A stretch of DNA of 64,000 nucleotides, taken from NCBI GenBank assembly GCA_001938485.1, contig MQRK01255104.1, forward strand, positions 1 through 64,000, read 5' to 3'. The notes below the pieces were generated by a model. It made no database searches. It was not told the origin of the DNA and saw only the letters and a program-made list of their open reading frames with translations. Each line of letters opens with the position of its first letter. Position 1 is the first letter of the stretch. The translations under genes were made by a program, and so were the position numbers. Positions 13,401 to 26,118 of the stretch are shown in pieces. The DNA comes from Girardia tigrina. Taxonomy: Eukaryota.

Positions 13401-16400
13401 CAGACCTTGCGCCCAGTGAACCTTTCCTTAAGCATCTCCTCGTGTTTACTATAGTTGTATGATCTTCTTACGCAAATCAGAAGATCCTGCAATACTGCCA
13501 TCATTGCCCACATGTTTTTCTAGAAATTCTTTTATTTGTGTATTATCTGCCTTCTCTACTGGTATGATTGCGGAAACCAAAGCGTGCAAAAGTCAGTGGC
13601 AACAGAATCACGGGCTTCTTTCGCTACACTTGCAACTGCAATAGAACTGATAATGCTTGTCTGCTGTGCGATCTTTGGTGCCGGTTCACCTCTGGGGGTA
13701 AATTAAGAGTCCTCTTCTCTTTCTGGGCTTTCTTTTCAAGATGCTTGGTGCTTTTTCATATGATCAACTACAGTAGACCTTCTTGAGAGATCAGCTTTCT
13801 CACATGCAACACAGAAAAGTAACTTCTGATAAGCTTCTACATAGAAATCTCCTGGAAACTTCTTTATCCGATCCATGACAACTTTTCCTCCCAAATGAGA
13901 ATTATTGTTCTTTGGAGGCATATATAACGTAAAGAAATAATTGATCACAATAATTAGCGTTACAATTTTATAATTTTATAAATTATTTAAAATTTATGAG
14001 CTATGTATTTTTCTCCGCGATTTTATGCATTATTCGTTCCGAGAAATCGCGGAAAAGTCAAGGCCTTAATAATCTTTGTGAAGAACCGAAAGTGTCTTCA
14101 CTTTTTAAAATAAAAAAACCGAGAATAATATTTCCAAAATATATTTCCGAAGTCTAACAATTTAACATTTTATTTCGTCAATTTGTTAATCGATTTAATT
14201 ATATTATAGGAGTTAAATCCTATATAAATTAAATCATTACACAAGCCCCCCTTTTGTAAGTAGAGCGTTACGTTGTTTCAAACAATTTGAAAATTATGTT
14301 CGAATCTTGATTTGATTTTGTTACGGAATTCGTTATTTAAATGTGTGAAAACAATTTCCTCAAATGGTTTTTTTGCACAAAATCTGATTCGTTTCTTATT
14401 TACAATTGTTTCGATGCCATTTTTGATCAAAAGGAAAGAATTTTTTTTATTTTTCACAATTTTGTATGGTCCGTCGAATCTGCCAGTTATGTTATCTCTG
14501 ACTAAAGCTCTAAAGTCAGAGAAAGTATTTGTAAATGTTTCATTGATTTCCTCAGTTAACAATTTGTTGATGTTCTTAATTTGACCTACGGAAGTGATGT
14601 TGTTANNGTGATTTTGTTTTTTTATAAATGGATGATATTCCTTTTGATAATCGTGTTTTATGCAACTGTCGATGTCTGTGGTGAAAACCGTCTCTTGATT
14701 TGAAATATGAAGATTTGTTTGGTTAAGAATAAGATTTTCTTTCATTTCTTCGTGTTGCGTGTAATTGTCCTTGTGGGTTCTGGATGATAGGTTTTCAGTC
14801 GAAGTGGTCTGTACTGTCTTGTTCTGAAATGTTTTGTTAAAAGTTTTAACGTCATTTTGAGAAATATGTAGAATTTCGTGTCTTGGAGTCATTGGACTCA
14901 ATAAATGTGTTGTGGTAGGTGTTACATTAGGAGGAGAAAGATTCTGGGATTTTGTAGTAGACACCCTTTCTAATGTTTGAGCAGTCGTATTAGAACTATT
15001 ATTACTAGAAGATTGCAAAGGAGATTGAGGAGCTGCTGTTAATCCAGCTAATGTAACACATGGTGTTGCAGTGGTCGAATCAGTAGACTTCGGTCTAGTT
15101 TGTAGAGATGCCACTTGTTGTGCATAATTAGGGTTAGGAATTACGGCAGCAGAAATTTGATGAACGTACTGAGGTTGCGGTAAATACATCGTTGTGGTCG
15201 ATTGAGGTAACATCATAGTTGCATATTGTGGAGACAACACTGTTAAAGCTGAATAATGTTGCACAGGAACCTGACATAAAAATGATCCATTTTGCAAAGC
15301 ATATGGAACTTGTCCAATTTATGAAACTGTTCCAGAAATTTCTTGTCGAGGATATAAATGTTTCTTTCTTACAGCTTGTTTAATGTTTAATTTTCTCTCT
15401 TTAAAGATCAATGTTTCAGATTCATTCTTGGTGAGATTTTCAGCAATTTCTTCATTTTCAAAAGTCACAAATCCATAGCTTCTTTTCGATAATCCCGTAC
15501 GATCATTTATTATATTTGCGTATTTAATTGAACCATAATTCGAAAAGAAAATTTTTAATTCGTCCTCAGTTGTATTTGATGTGAGTCCACCCACAAAAAT
15601 TCTGTTTGGTATAAGTGTACCAATTTTCGGTATTGATACGTGAGAAAAAGAATTGAGCTGATTTATTTGATTGATCTTGTTATGCTTCACTTTCTTTATA
15701 GTTTTAGAAATTCCCAATGCCAATAAAGAGTATTCAACATTTTTTAGTACATCGAAAAGCAGTCTTTCCATAGCGTTTAATAGAAAATTGTATTTTATGT
15801 GCAACTGCGACAAATTATCTTGTTGATCTTGATATGTGGATAATACTTCCTGGATTAACTGATTGAAATTTCTTTTTGAAGAACTTTTCTTTTTTAATGG
15901 AGGCATCTTCTTTTTTCTTTTTTTTCTTCTGACACCAATTGTGAAGAACCGAAAGTGTCTTCACTTTTTAAAATAAAAAAATCCGAGAATAATATTTCCA
16001 AAATATATTTCCGAAGTCTAACAATTTAACATTTTATTTCGTCAATTTGTTAATCGATTTAATTATATTATAGGAATTAAATCCTATATAAATTAAATCA
16101 TTACAATCTTATATCATGTAATTAAAACGTCGTTACACAAAATTTATTCTCAAAATTTTAAAATTCAGTGCACTCAATTTAAGAAGTATTGAGAGTGAAG
16201 CGTATTAATTCAAAGATCTTTGAATCATAAAATTAACGTCAAGATTACACTCTACAAATTCTTTAAAATTATTTATCGATTTTAATAATAATAATTGTGA
16301 GGAATATGGGGTGTGTAATTGTTTCTTGTAGTGTTTGCATGTTTAAATGTTGTGTGTTGATTTGGGATTGTGCCTCTCCTAATCAGATGGATGATCAATA

Positions 16401-19400
16401 TTTTAATTCTTATAATCTGAAACTAATTTATTTAAATTTAGATTTAATATTCAAATTTTTAATTTTTATTATTGCAACTTTTAAATAATTTTAATGATTT
16501 TATTTTTGTAAATTTTTAAATAATTAAAATCAAATTAATGTTTAAAAATGACTATAAAAATATTTTATCTTAGCCAATAAAATTTAAATTAAATATTTTA
16601 AATAAAGTAATTTTCTTCCAGTTAGTTCAGAATAAAATTAGAAATATGAAAAAATGAGTGATGGATCTAAGTGAAAGTAATACTATTGATCGTCATAAAG
16701 ATGATAAGAAATGTGAATGTAATAAATGTTCTGTCAAATGTGTGAGTTCTCTTAACAATAATAATAGCTATATTTATTATTTTACGTTTTAAATAATTAA
16801 TATGATTTATAATAAATAATATAAATAATTTATATAATTAACTGAGACAATATTACTGTTTCAATGATTTTTCAAATTTTAATAACTTTCCAAATGAAAA
16901 TGATCATTATTACGAAAACAATTTACCAAAAATAGTCAAAATTTTCAAACAGAAATTCTTTTATTGTAATTCTTTCACAATTAGTTTTGAGACGAAGGCC
17001 GCTCGGTAGAGCTAAGATTAGTTATTAAGTGTCTGTAAACTATTTTAGATCATAAAAAATAATCAGATTTGTGATCATACTCTACAAAGTAGTTCGTATT
17101 GATTTATTTTATTTGAGTGTTTTTGAGAGTGAATTATTTTTATTATGAGAGTTAATTGTTTATTGATCGATTTCTTATTCTTCATTGACTCATGTTTAAC
17201 ATTTGCATGCCTATATAATAATTAATAATATTCATACTCGCACTATTACTATTTGGCCAAGTAAATATATTTCAGTGCACTCATATCGTTGCTGCCTTTA
17301 CACTCGAGTGGATTGAGAAATCTATTCTGATAATCAACACGGGTTGCCGGAATTCTGATCCAATATGAGATCATAAAACAACCTGATCTTCAGTCTCTAT
17401 ATTTAATTACCGTAATAAGATTATTCCAAATATTTGACTTGACATTTTATAGTTTATAAATTTTAAATTTGAACATATAAAAATTATAATTCAGATTTTA
17501 AATTGCGAATTTTTTAACTGTAATTGCAAATGTAATTAATCATACTAAAATATTATTTATACAATATATCATTTATTATTTTACAGTAGAATCGTTCGTG
17601 TGTGATCCTTTAGAGAAAGAGATTTTTTAAAAAAATATAGAAAATTATTCGATTAAATTCTTTTAAAATCGGAGTTTTAAAAAATTTGAAGATTTTTGAC
17701 AGTTGTTATTAAGGAGGTATTTAATTTGAAAACTGATTTACACTTATATTGCACGTTCTAGTAAAAACCCTTTACAAAATTACAGTTTCACAATTGCAAA
17801 GATTATCTTCTTTCAAATCACCTTGACTAATAGTAAGAAAACTATCTTGAAATGCAATTCTCTCTTTAATCAGACTATCCTTATCTATCGGTTCATCGAT
17901 AGATTTCTCGTCAAAATATTTAATGTGATCACTATATTTTTTAAAAAATAAAATCTAGCATTATCAACATCTCAAATTGCAAATAAATTCGAGCTAATAG
18001 ATGATACAATTTATATGATAAAATTTCTTTTCATAGCATCTTATTTGACGATTGATACTCGCTTGCAAAAAACGATGATACAGGGTTTTCACTTCTGCTA
18101 TATCATTTAAGTATTATTTTTTTTAATATTTCATCGGTACACTGATTTGTGCCGTCTTTTTAATATTTGCGTTTTTAGCCGGTGGATTCGGTGAACTAAT
18201 GACGATGAAAAATTCGAAATAATACACGTCACAGATTTTTATTTGATTAATCGCAAAACAATATAAACCTCAACATTAAAAATAATTTGTTCAAACAATT
18301 CAATTTCCATATTAATTATTAATTAAAAACAAAGTCAACATACTTTTCAACACGGTACAGAAACGTTTAAACAATTAACAAATTTTTCAGTTAATATATT
18401 ATTTGTAATTTTTTCTTTGGATAAAAAGTAATTATCATCATTAATAATCCGTTACTTATAGCCGAAATCATAGCAAAAAAAGCATTTTAATATCGAATTC
18501 TTAAGAATCTTTTATCAGAAACTTTTTATTCAATTTTATTATTTTCATTTAATAATGTGAACGATTAATTAAGTTAATGTACTACAGTATAAATCAGAGG
18601 TCTCCAAACTACGGCCCGCGACACAATTCCACAAATGTAGACAACTTACATTGAATAAAAAAATCAAATAACGATTTTCAATAATTTAAACTATAAATTT
18701 AACTTTAAATTGTAAAGTTAATAATTCATTAATAAATATAAAAAATTATTTCATTTTTTATTATTAATATTAACAAGAAAAATTTACCATGTAAATATAC
18801 TTTTATATAATAAAATTACATATTGTTATTTATAACTTAATTTCGTTTCCAAATTTCGTCAAACTATTCGTCGGAAATCTACCTCCATCAGCATCTCCAA
18901 TCGGAGTTTAAAAGAATTTTATTGAAAATATTTGTTAAATTTAATTAATTTTATTATGTAAAAATTTGTTTTATCTTACTTTATTTTGGCAACTGTTTTG
19001 AAAGATAAATACATTATTTCTTGATTTTTCAAATTAGACAAATTACTTATATATTTTCGTTGCGAAAGAAAACGACTGAATTTTTTCCACTGATTATAAT
19101 TATCAGAACGCAAAACTTGGCGATACATAATTGTAAGTATCTCACAAATTTAGTTTTTTAATTAATTTATAAATTTTAATTATTTAAATTGAAGATGGAT
19201 TCTAAAAAAAGTCATATGAAAAGAAACGAAAAGTGGATGACAAAGGGTGTATTTTTAATGATGAATGGGTCATAAAATACTTTTTCCTGCAATGAAAAAC
19301 TGGAGAAAAAGCTATTTGTGTAATATGCACCGAAATAATAACTTTATGGAAAGAATATAATATACGTCATCACTATGACACAAAACATGCTGAAATCTTT

Positions 19401-22400
19401 TCCCAATTTAAAGAAAAAGAGCGGCCAAATAAATTTGAATCGTTATCTCAAGCTTTACAATCCCAATATAATTTTTTTATGAAACAGAAAAAGGATAATG
19501 AAAACTATACCTTGGTCAGTTACAAAATTGCGTATGTGTTGGCTAAAAGAGAAAAACCGTTCACTGATGGTAATATGATTAAAGATTGTATCATGGAAGC
19601 AGTGACTGAGTTATGTCCAGAAAAAATTAATATGTTTAAAATGGTAAGTCTTGTACCAAATACAATTGGTCGACGTGTTGAACATATCGGAAACAACATT
19701 TTTAAACAAACAATTAATAAAGCACAAAGTTTCAATTGGTACTCTTTGGCTTTGGACGAATCAACTGATATTTAATAATACCGCACAGCTTGTGGTATGT
19801 TTTCGTGACGTTGACAATAATCTTAATGTTACACAAGAATTTTCGTATTAATGAATGGAAGAACTCTGATTCTGTTGTTTATACCAAAAATGGTAATCCA
19901 AAACAACCATCGAAGGAATTGCCTAATTCATGAGAAGGAGAATCTTTGAATAAATTAAAAACCGAAACCATACAAAACTCAATAATATCATCAGGATTTA
20001 GTTCGAACCCTGACGATTGGCATATAGCAAAGCATGATAGTAGAAAGTTTTGCGAGGCTTGAGCTGTTTCAAATCAGATTGAACAATTTCCCAACGAGTC
20101 TATTTTCGGGGAAAATGTAGATGATCAGGATGTAGACTGTTTAGATGATAATAATGATGTAGAATGTTTGGATGTCGTTAATGAATAAAGTATTATTGAT
20201 ATTTGTTTTCTTTTTTATTCATATTTTGATATTTTTGTTAATGGGAATTGAAAGCGCCAAATAGAATCACGACCCAAATAGTATCACAAACAAAAAAATT
20301 TAGTAATACTATTTAAATAGTATCAGTGATACTATTTGGCGATATCCGTTAGTAATATCAAATTTTTATAAGTCACCTAGAAGAAAAGAAAGACTTGAGT
20401 TGTGTTAGAGATACATGGGTACACAAAAATACATAGAAATACATACAGATAAAGTAGTCACCCTAAGAGATTACTTTTTCAATTCATTTTTTATATTAAA
20501 GTGATTAAACGTTTGAGTTTTTCACTGTTTCTTCAATTTAACAAGTAATAGTATACACCTTGACACATTTTCTGTGATACTATAGGCTTTTTCTTTGAAG
20601 TACAACTACAAGAACTACAAATATCGCTTCAAAATTTTATCAAAACTGTTATTTTTGCAAATAGTGAGATAAAATTTATTTTAAAAATAACTATCGAAAA
20701 GCCTAGCTAATGTTCTAAACCAAATGTCACTTGACATTTTACATGAAGTAATTAACAATTAAAATAGGTTCTTTAAGATACAATCAAGCTCAATCCAGTA
20801 TCGAAATTCTAGACAAAGAGGTTGACATTTAGTCTGTCACACAAACATCCAAATTGTCAAATTGAATGGAGATTTTTGTTATTAAATGTTCTATATTGGA
20901 TAAATAGAAATACTGTGAGTAAATGTGTAAAAGTCTGAGATTTCAAGAAAAAACTTTATTCTTTTGTAGAAAATTGTTCATATATTATTGTTGCAAGAAT
21001 ATTCTGATTTAAATCGAAAATTTAAATAAAAAATTGTGCTTTAGTAATTTATAAATTCGAATACTTAACAAATTTAAGAGCTTAGATAGCTAAGTTTACA
21101 AATTGACATGATTTCTTCAAATAACACTTCTATGTTTAGGCGTTTTTCAAATACTGAAACTCTTGGTTGTCCGATGGGACAACATCTAGTATAATCCGGT
21201 TATCATACCAACAATCTCATTCTTCATAACTTATGTTTTGTATACTAATTAGAAATCAAGGGAAACAATATTTTTACCATTGCTCGTCTAAAATAATATT
21301 TAACTTAATTTTTTTCTGAATTTACTTTCTATGTTAACTTTCTATTTTAAACATGTGGAAAGGAGAATCCGTTTTTTTTGGATTCTCCGGCCGTGTCCTT
21401 TCTTTTTCCGGAATTTTCTTGACAGAATTCAATATCAGTTAGTAGTTTGAAGCATATAAACACTGATTGAGTAAGATTCATTAACAATCGAATCACATTA
21501 TCGTATAGAGTCAAATCTTTCGGATTACATTTAATTAAACCAATGAGACATTTTTCGACGAAATCAAATTTCCCTAATTTCAGTCTGATTTCACATTTAC
21601 TTTCCTTACGAAGATATTTTAATCGATACCGATCCAAAATTATTGATACAGGCATGTAAACAAATTAAAAAAAATAACGCTTCTAAATTTTTTATTTTTC
21701 TTTAATTTGTTTTTGGACTTTCACAACTTCGATTCTTTGCAATTAAAAAATAAAGACCTTTTCTTTTAAAACTTTATTACTGTTTTTATTTTTCAACAAA
21801 TTTGAATTCGATTTTTCATACTGTTTTATTTGTTTGACAATTTTCAAATTTTTCTCTTCCTTCAATCAATACATACACTCAATTCCACAAATTACAAATA
21901 ATCATTAGCATTCACACAAAAATAGATACAGACATACCAATCAAACACATACACAAATACCAGGCAAAATAATTGGATACACACATTATTTCATAAATAC
22001 ATTAAACACAGACATAATTTTCAAACCAAAAAACTGAATTTTAATCACAAAATCACGTGATTATTATCACGTTTTGAAATCGACTCTACCGAAAACGACC
22101 AACTAAACAAAGACAATCGAAACACAGTGAGGTCCTTGAAAAGGACGTTCTTCCTGACATCAAAACGATTAAAAAAACCAAATTGTTTATTTATTTTAAT
22201 CATTTTTATCTTTTAAAGTGATTTAATTATATTTGTTTTAATTATTTATTACCTTATTCAAATTTATTTATTTAATTATTTTTAATTTATTTTAAGTATT
22301 TATTTAATTTATTTGTATTATGTTTTCCAAACTGGCAAAATGTTCGACCGAACCATGAATTAATTTCCGCTCGAACAAGTATTCAATAATTTAAGTTTGT

Positions 22401-25400
22401 CAGAACTTTCAGTGTTTTTAAATCGCTTGTTGTATGTTTGCTATGTAATAGTCACAATCCTTAATAATCATTTAATAATAATCGTGTATTCAATTTGTTC
22501 TCAGTACAATATCTTTTACTAAAGCTGTTCAAATTTCATTCAATTATAAACATGTGGTTTTCCTATTGTATAAACACTGAACTCAAATCTATTTCTCTAT
22601 ACTTTTAAAATAAGCTTTTTCATTGTGGTTTTGATAAATATTACAGTCATCACAATCTGTTTTTTAACGTAACATATAAAAATAAATAATCAATTTTATA
22701 TAAGATTTAATGACTTTTTCAATCACAGTATTGAATCTCACCCTTATCGATTTGCCTGGTATAACAAAAGTTCCCGTTGGTGATCAACCAGCAGATATTG
22801 AAGATCAAATTCGTCGAATGATTTTGGAGTTTATAACGAGTGATAACTGCCTCATTCTTGCAGTTTCTCCAGCAAATTCTGATTTGGCGAATTCTGATGC
22901 CTTAAAGTTAGCCAAAGAAGTGGATCCTCAGGGATTACGTACAATAGGAGTAATAACCAAATTAGATTTGATGGATAAAGGCACAGATGCTCGTGATATT
23001 TTAGAAAATAAATTTTTACCACTTCGTCGAGGTAAGAATATTTTACAGATATAGCGGTATTTTTTATAATTATATTATCTATTATCCTGGTTTTAATGAA
23101 AAAATGCATAACTTAGTAATTTGTATATCACTGCAGGGAAGTTTTAAAATTACTTATTTTAAAATTTCAGACAATTTCAGATGAACAAAAATAACCAAAT
23201 AGAAAATAAAAACATACAATAAACTTAGACTTAAGCTCTTAGAAAGGAAAGCTTAGGTTTTCGCCAGACTTTAAACTTTTTTTAGGAAAAAAATAAAATT
23301 GACGGCCAAAATTAATATTTAATCCGCCACTGCGTAAACATTTTTCTTCTGAAATTTTCACTTTTGCGCTAAAGCACTGCGAATCGAAAAACTAATTATC
23401 TTCTTTTCTTGTGGTAATTTTTTACTGTTTATATCATCGAATTAGTCACTAATTCAGAATTATTCTCATTTTTATAAAAATAATTTAGTCACATTGTCGC
23501 CATTTTGAATGCATTAATTGATTCTGTTTCTCCTTGATTTAATTTAAAGCTTATTAAAGCACGCCTAGTAAATATTTCCAGCCACTCACTTACTATTATG
23601 AAATCTATTTATTGCGACTTCTTGGTCATGACCTGAAATATGGATGTTTCGGCTTCTAATATGCTTACGCCATCTTAGTATAATCGTTAGATAAGAGTGA
23701 AGTTTCTCAATCAAGCGTTTTGAAAGAATATTCTCTTCCATTACAATTAATCGATTGAAGAAAACATGGAAATTGACAAAAAATTAATGGAAGAAGAGCC
23801 ATATTTCCAATAAATTTTTGTTCCGTAATTAATCAAATGTATTGGGTTGTTGCATAAGTTCCCGCCGTTACATGAAACTATTTGTTCTACTAAGACTTTT
23901 TGATGTTTGGCGAAGTGTTACCATTAGAAAGCCCGTGCTCTACAAGATTAAAGCAATCGTTTTTGCCTATATTATTTTTTTGTCTTTTTTTAGAACCGTC
24001 AAATGGATTGTCAACTCGACGAAAAATCGCATTTTCGACACCTCCTTTTCGCCTTTAATCGAGGTCAAAAAGCGAGTGAAGCTACCAGAGATATTTGTGT
24101 CGTGTATGGAGAGGACGCTATAGCTGAGAGAACTGCTCGGAATTGGTTTGCCAGGTTCAAACAAGATAATTTAGCCCTCAACGACGCTCCTCGTTCCGGA
24201 AGACCAGTCGAGATGGACGAGGACGAACTCGGGGATCTTTTGAAGGAAGATGGCCGCCAGACATGCAGAGAATTGGTCGAAAAGCTGAATTGTGATTTTG
24301 CGACAATTTCACGCCATCTTCAGTCGATGGGTTTCACTCAAAAGCTTGGAGCTTGTGTCCCGCACGAACTCACCCAAAAACAGAATCCTTCAACATCCTC
24401 CCTATTCCCCAGACCTCGCCCCGACAGATTACCATCTCTTCCTATACCTTTCAAATGAAATGAGGGGTCTTAGCTTCGAAAATCAGGATCATCTTGAGAA
24501 TTGGCTCCACAACTTCTTCGAAACTCGACCTAAGGATTTCTGGCGAAATGGAATCAACAAACTGGTGGAAAGATGGGAAGAAGTAGTGAACAATGAAGGA
24601 GAGTACATAATTGATTGAAGTGTTATTATTTTTGCTGTTAAAATTTTTTGATTTCATTAAATATATAATTGACTGAATCATTATTTTGGTTGTTAAAATT
24701 CTTTGATTTCTTTGAAAATAAATGTTAAAAAAACGGCGGGAACTTATGAAACAACTCAATACATTTTTAATAAATCACCATCGTTTTATTTTTTACCCCA
24801 GTAACGTTGTCCAATCAGATTGTTCTAACTTCTAATAATACTTAAACAAAATTGTTTTTCTTAATTTATTTTCTATATAAAATTGATTAATATTTAGTTA
24901 ATCAATTTTGTATTCGATTAATTGATTTTCACTTCCGAATGAGCGATGCATAACGAGCATTGAATGTAAAAATTTGATTCTACTAAAAACGTTGTGGACC
25001 TGTGCATGCTGTAGAGGGAAATTAGATCGGTAAATGTGGGCACTATAACAGTTTTAATTAAATTAACTGAAATCAGAATTCGAATTCCGGTTCTTTATGA
25101 AACATCAAAATCTTTTCTACATTGCTAGTATTATTGCTGCTTCAATAATCGCTCCTTTGTCATTTCAAGTAAGTTTTGTCTTTTTTCAGCTTTCTTTTAC
25201 ACACATGTATAAATATTTTTATTAAAAAATAATTTCATTTTAATAAAAGCTTATTTGAATTTTATTATTTTAAATATGTATATTAAAACATTTATTGTGA
25301 ATAGGCTATATTGGTATTGTTAATCGAAATCAACGAGATATTGAAGGGAAAAAAGATATAAGAAAAGCATTAGAAGATGAAAAACGGTTTTTTATGTCAC

Positions 25401-26071
25401 ATCCAAGCTATAGTCATATAGCTAACAAAATGGGTACACAATACCTCCAAAAAGCTCTTAATCAACAACTTATTAATCATATTCGCGAAACTTTACCCGT
25501 AATTCGAAATAAAATGCAAGCTCAATTATTAACCATTGAAAAAGATGTTGAAGAATTTCGAAATATGAAACCTAGTGATCCGAGCTATAAAACAAAAGCT
25601 TTAATTTTACAAGCCATGAGATTTTGCAAAGATTTCGATAAAGAAATCATTGGAAGTGGCTTTGAAACAGATATAAATCAGTTGACTGGCGGAACGAAAA
25701 TTAATCGACTATTTCATGAAATGTTTCCTTACGAATTAGCAAAAGTATGTTTCTCATATACTTATGTCTGAATTTACGTTTATAATGAGAGAAATAGAAA
25801 TTATTTTTGTTGCTTACGGTCAATTTGACTATGAATAATATATTTAAATTATGCATTATTATTTATGTTTAAATTTCAAGTCAAATTGACATAGCTTGTT
25901 TGTCTTATAGAATTTCAGTTTGAATAATTTGAATAAATTTTGTTTCAAAGCTTTAAAAATAGACGCTATTAATTTTAAAAACTGAATATCACATATGCTT
26001 TGCAGATAATCTTTTACGGTATTTATACTAAATATAGACAGTATTTGTATCTGAACATAAATAATTACACT

Positions 26072-26118
<47 letters not shown>

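Larger units (their letters stand above)
14077..16105 (-). mobile_element. Non-autonomous Gypsy-type LTR element carrying a captured boule (DAZ-family) coding sequence
   Basis: LTRs 15940-16105 and 14077-14241 (TG...CA, about 2 differences); TSD ATCTT (14072-76, 16106-10); PBS TGGTGTCAGAAG; PPT AAAAGGGGGG; no RT, RNase H or integrase core. Confidence 0.92.

Noticed and set aside
14278-15906. Interpretation as the ordinary host boule gene nested in dynamin
   Set aside because: It is intronless, bounded by LTRs with TSD, PBS and PPT, fused to an integrase tail and carries an internal stop.
22131-22147. Histone stem-loop-like CGTCCTTTTCAAGGACC on the minus strand
   Set aside because: Geometry deviates from the 6-bp stem/4-nt loop, no histone coding sequence is adjacent, and it lies in a repeat terminus.
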